A stretch of DNA of 64,000 nucleotides, from positions 62,001 through 126,000 of the forward strand of contig NW_027191478.1 of NCBI RefSeq assembly GCF_011745625.1, read 5' to 3'. Positions within the stretch are counted from its first letter, which is position 1; every line of letters begins with the position of its first letter. Below the pieces are notes generated by a model. The model saw only the letters and a program-made list of their open reading frames with translations, was not told the DNA's origin and ran no database searches. Origin of the DNA: Cladosporium halotolerans. Taxonomy: Eukaryota. This document shows, in pieces, positions 59,353-64,000 of this stretch. The position numbers and the translations under genes are program-made.

Positions 59353-59552
59353 AAATGTATCATGTCAAAACTATCATAAAGACGTGGTGTTAGAGGCGAT
59401 GGACGGCCAGCTTCCACCGAGGCGTGCGAGGACCAGCTGTCTTCAGCCTCCAGGGTCCAACGTCATCCCACCTTCCCCGAGCGCTTATAAAGATAAACCA
59501 CCGACAGCAACTCTTCTCCACCACCCATCCCAAACCTGGAAACACAACAACC

Positions 59553-60702
59553 ATGGTCCGGATTCCCTCCTTCTTCACAGCGGCTCTGGCTCTCACAGGC
59601 GCCTCCGCCTCGGCGGTCAAAGATCTGCTGCCGGGCAACTTCGACGAAGTCGTGCTCAAGTCCGGCAAGCCCGCGCTGGTCGAGTTCTTCGCGCCGTGGT
59701 GCGGACACTGCAAGACGCTGGCGCCCGTGTACGAGGAGCTGGCGGCGGCCTTCGAGCACGCCGACGACAAGGTCACCATCGCCAAGGTCGATGCCGATGC
59801 GCACAAGGAGCTCGGCCGCAAGTGGGGAGTGCAGGGCTTCCCGACCCTCAAGTGGTTCGATGGCAAGTCCGATAAGCCCGAGGACTACAAGAGTGGGCGT
59901 GATTTGGAGAGCTTGAGCGCATTTGTTACGTCCAAAACCGGTGTGAAGACCAAGGCGAAGAAGGCGGCGCCCAGCGCTGTGGAGATGTTGACGGATACCA
60001 CGTTCAAGGAGAAGATTGGCGCTGGACAGGATGCGCTCGTTGCGTTCACTGCGCCTTGGTGTGGCCGTGAGTTCTACCTCTCGCTATGAGCAGTCTCATT
60101 GGACGAGAAACGCTAACCCTCCAATGCCAGACTGCAAATCCCTCGCCCCGACCTGGGAGAAGCTCGCGACCGACTTCGCACAGGAGTCCGGCGTGCTCGT
60201 CGCTAAAGTCGACTGCGAGGCCCCCAATGCCAAAGCCACCGCGCAGGAAGCCGGTGTCAAGTCCTACCCTACGATCAAGTACTACCCCGCTGGCTCCAGC
60301 GAAGCGGTGCCCTACACCGGCGGCCGCAGCGAGGCTGATCTCGTGGCATTCCTAAACGACAAGGCCGGCACTCAGCGTACCGTCGGTGGCGGTCTGTCCG
60401 CGCTCGCAGGCACGATCCCGTCCCTGGACGAGATCGTTCGCTCGCTGCGCAGCGGTGGCGAGAAGGCGCAGGCAGAGCTTGAGAAGGCTGCTGCTGCGGC
60501 CAAGGATAGCTACGCGGACTACTACAGCAAGGTCGCGAAGAAGAGCGAGGAGAACGCCGGATACGTCGAGAAGGAGTTGACTAGGCTGCAGAACCTGCTG
60601 AAGAAGGGTGGCCTCACGGCTGACAAGATGGACGATCTGATGAAGAGGAGCAACATCCTCAATGTCTTCAAGGGCTCTGAGGGCGGTAAGGACGAGCTCT
60701 AG
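59553..60702 (+). CDS. tigA: Protein disulfide isomerase, TigA/ERp38 type; 2 exons (59553-60066, 60131-60702)
   Basis: Signal peptide and two WCGHCK sites, the second split by intron 60067-60130. ERp29-like C-terminal domain, ending KDEL. Confidence 0.95.
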
Positions 60703-60926
60703 AGGAGTTCTCATGAGAATTGAATTGTGGAATGGCTATTATTATGGCCTAAGACGAAAAGCACATCATCAAAGACTACGGCAAAAGCTGGTCTTGTAAG
60801 ATAATTGCAATCATGATTGCATTGATAGATTACATCACAAAGTCCAGTGTACAAGCATCTCGTATCATGCATTGTATTCATGTACAAGTCGAACCATGGT
60901 ATCAAGCCAGATGGCTTCTACGGTTG

Positions 60927-62357
60927 CTATGACTGAGCGGCAGTCCGTTGCTCCTTGCTCTTGGAAGACTCCTCTTTTCCATCTTCCAAATCCAGTTTCG
61001 CAACCTCAGCAGCAAGAGGGTCACTCTCCTCAGTCGGAACCGTAGGGCCCTCGACACCGGGGGGTGGCAGCGCCCACTCCGGCAGCTCTGTTTCGTAGCT
61101 CCAAGTATCGCCCATACACGCGTACCTCTTCGCGTGCAGATAGATTCCCAGCTCGTGCTCGCCAGGGTCAGAGTAAAGCTCTGTATCACACACCTCACAC
61201 TTCTCGCCCGTCAGCTTCTCCGCCTTCTTGCGATTATACTCGTCCACCATCTCATCGTGATACGCCACCGCCTCCGCGACCTCTTCCTTCCCCATACGGC
61301 TCAGGCGCTCCATGACCGACTCATCGTCGTCACCCGAGGCACAGTTCGCGCCCAGGTCTGCGCCGAACACCCTCTGGTTGCTGTAGATCGGGTCGTTGCT
61401 GATCGGATGGCCCAAGAACTGCAAATGCACGCGGATCTGGTGCGTGCGACCCGTCAACGGCAAGCAGCGCACAATACTGTATCCATCGCGATTACCCTCG
61501 CCCTCGCCCGGCGGATAGTACGCCATGCGACGGAACACCGTCCGTGCCGACTTGCCGGTGGCGCGCACGCGGTTGAGGCCGAGCTTAGGCGATATCTGGA
61601 GCAATGGCTGCTCGCAGACGACTTCCTCCGTGGGAAACTCGCCTCTCACGCGTGCGACGTACTCCTTGCGGATGGTGCGGCCCATGATCTTGACGCCGAG
61701 CGTCTCGGCAGCCTTTTTGTGCTTCGCGATGAACATGACGCCGCTGGTCAGGCGGTCGAGGCGGTTGCAGGGCATCGGGTTCCAACCGTGGCCGCGTTCG
61801 GCGCGCATGATTTCGATCACGGAGTTGTAGTTGTAGCGGCCGGCGGGGTGGACGGGGACGCCTGCGGGCTTGTTGATGACGATCATGTCGTCGTCTTCGT
61901 GGACGATGGCGATGGGCTTGCCTGTTACAGGCGGCTCGTGGCGGTGGAGCGTGTGGCTGATTATGTCGCCGTTCTTGACTGTCGTTGTAGGCGAGGGCAC
62001 GGGTTTGCCGTTGATGTGGATTGCGCCGGATTTCATAGCAGCTTCCTGACCGTGTTAGTCAGACGGTATGGTCTGGTTACATGAGCTTCGCGCGCAGCGA
62101 CGTACATAGTACTCTTGCGGTCTGTCCCGAAACTCGTCCTTAAAGATTTCGAGGATCTCCCTGCCCCGCCATCGCTGCTTGCAGTTTGTGTTGTATGTGA
62201 AGTGGTAAGGCGCTACTCTTCTGAGGCCGTCCTCTAGGTAGTACGGTCGCGGCCAAGGATCGCATGGTGTGGTGACGACTTCGGGAGGAGGTGCTGGTGT
62301 GGGTGTAGGCTTGAGGTGACCAAGGATTGAGGACGACTCGACTGGGGCGGCACCCAT
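60927..62357 (-). CDS. RluA-family tRNA pseudouridine synthase (Rib2/Pus9-like, no deaminase domain seen); 2 exons (62357-62106, 62045-60927)
   Basis: GLRRVAPYHFTY, HRHEPPV, INKPAGVPVHPAG, NRLDRLTSG, PLTGRTHQIRVH and IYLHA. Intron at 62105-62046. Confidence 0.92.
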
Positions 62358-62840
62358 GCTTCTGTGTTGCGCGTGTCAGTGCTATCGCGTGATTTCAGTC
62401 AGAGTACAGCATACCCAATATTCCGGCGGGCGAGAAACGCCGCGGCTCTGAGTGGAGAAGCCACGGAGGATAATGAGGCGGGAGATAAGTATGTGGTGTC
62501 TATGCCGTCCCTATCCAGATGTTCCACGAATTGCCATACACGCTGCGTCAGAAGAAAAGTCTCGACCGAGGTCGCATAAACCTCGCTGGCGCCGCGCTAG
62601 CCTCGAAGCTTTGCGCCTCGATCAGCGGGGGACAGGGCTGATTTGCAGGGGATCGCGTCATTCCCACGGCGATGCTCAAGCGCTTTCCGAAGTGTGCTTG
62701 CGATTGTGCTTCTCATTTCGTCGTCTTTGCGATTTCGATCTGCGGAGACCAACAGTACATGCACATGCGTTCGTATTTACTGTGGTTGTCTTTTCATTCC
62801 TACCTGCTTTAGGCAAGGGGGCTTGTGAGCGCTTCATCAG

Positions 62841-64000
62841 ATGGCGGCGGAATGGAGCTTCGATCCTGTCGCAGAGGGCGGACTGTATGGTGAGAACGGC
62901 GTTGGCGAGCACTGGTAAGTCACTGGAGAAGTGAAATATGTATCAAAGCCTCCCCAAGGCTGACGCGTGACCAGGTCGTCGGACACTTGGGACGAACCTC
63001 CTCCAGCGTACCCTCCCACTCAAAGAAGCCAGTCACTACACTCTTCACATGCGCCGCCTCGGCATGTGAACAACGACAATCTGCTCGCTCGACCAGCTTT
63101 CGCGACTAGCCACAACCGACCCTTACACACCCCACACGCAACCGAAGCACGCTCCGTACATCGTTGGAGCAGCAACCACGACCTTGCATCAATCCTGTGG
63201 CCCTTACACGATCAAGACTTGCCGCCTGCAAATCAACATCCAGACCACGACCCCAGGTTCAGGCAACGACCTTCTCAAGACTCCGGCAACACTGAGAGCG
63301 TAGATCCCGCCAACCTTCAACAACCACAAGCCGCAAATTCAGCCGGCGATCAGTCGCGAGAGCAGCACGCCACCAGCAGCTCCCAGGTGCTCGACTCAGA
63401 CACCGACGACGAAGGCCCGATGGCTCCCTCGCGCCGGCGCCAGCCCCGCAACTCCAACGGCAACGATCTCGTAGACCTCACGCAATCGCCCAACATGCCA
63501 TCGGCCAGCGCCCTGGAGCAGTCGCGCACAAGGAAGCGCAGCTCAGACAGCTCGGGAGTGAATGACGCCTCTGCAAACAAGCGCACAAAGCGCGCCCCTG
63601 GATCAACAGAGGGGTATAAAGAGGAGGAAGTACAAGAAGAGGCGCCATCGGCCGAAGAAGAGCTCCTGCAAGCACAGCAGCGCGACGCCCTCAAGCTACA
63701 AGAAGAGAACAAGGATGAGGGCGGGACGAGGATCGGGAAGCGGACCTGCATAATATGCTTGGAGAACTATACCAACGCGACTACCTCCTCATGCGGTGAG
63801 TTGCTACGCTTCGTGGGTTGTCGCAAGAGATATCGCTAACGCGTAACAAATAGGCCACATCTTCTGTCACGAGTGCCTCACCCGTGCTCTGATGGCGTCG
63901 GAGAAGAATAACGACCGCGGAGTTGGCAATTGCCCTGCTTGCAGAAAGGCCCTCAGCCGTAAGAAGGCCAACCAGGTCATACCGATCAACTTCATGAAGA
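62841..64000 (+). CDS. C3HC4 RING protein with a SIM-like motif (SUMO-targeted ubiquitin ligase, Slx8/Rfp-like); exons 62841-62914, 62975-63795, 63854-edge; 3' end truncated by the window
   Basis: Canonical introns at 62915-62974 and 63796-63853. LVDLT motif and RING CIIC..CGHIFCHEC..CPAC. Confidence 0.85.

Noticed and set aside
25393..62357. tRNA gene, NCS2, pseudouridine synthase and RRP5 as an RNA-processing cluster
   Set aside because: They are widely spaced among unrelated housekeeping genes; chance is sufficient.
1..64000. Transposons, RIP-degraded AT-rich blocks, CRISPR arrays, rRNA, secondary-metabolite clusters
   Set aside because: No transposase/RT motifs, long terminal repeats, extended AT-rich tracts, repeat-spacer arrays or PKS/NRPS genes were seen.

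Overview
Gene-dense eukaryotic DNA from a filamentous ascomycete. The gene set, short GT-AG introns with CTRAC branch points and F-box-like orphans suggest Pezizomycotina, probably a Dothideomycete (inference). I rebuilt about 28 protein-coding genes by hand, many spliced. They include CDC11 septin, a PTS1-bearing AhpD-like protein, SCOT, MIM2, eIF2-beta, a 6-Cys secreted protein, DUF2985, a sterol-glucosyltransferase-like GT1, VPS53, DUG1, CDT2, RRP5, an FLC/TRP-like channel, cyanase, a C2H2 protein, NCS2, NHA1, CHS7, a TigA-type PDI, an RluA-type pseudouridine synthase and a SIM-RING ligase cut off by the window edge. There is also one intron-containing tRNA-Ala(AGC). No transposon, rRNA or CRISPR was seen. 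Signals the ORF track does not show: (1) about 10 strand-symmetric C-rich-to-G-rich skew flips, independent of gene orientation; (2) a diverged tandem pair of orphan proteins beside a decayed DUF3431-like pseudogene; (3) a hidden three-exon small membrane-protein gene at 57.7-58.2 kb; (4) in-frame upstream ATGs adding presequence-like N-termini to cyanase and Dug1. Family calls come from remembered motifs; no searches were run.
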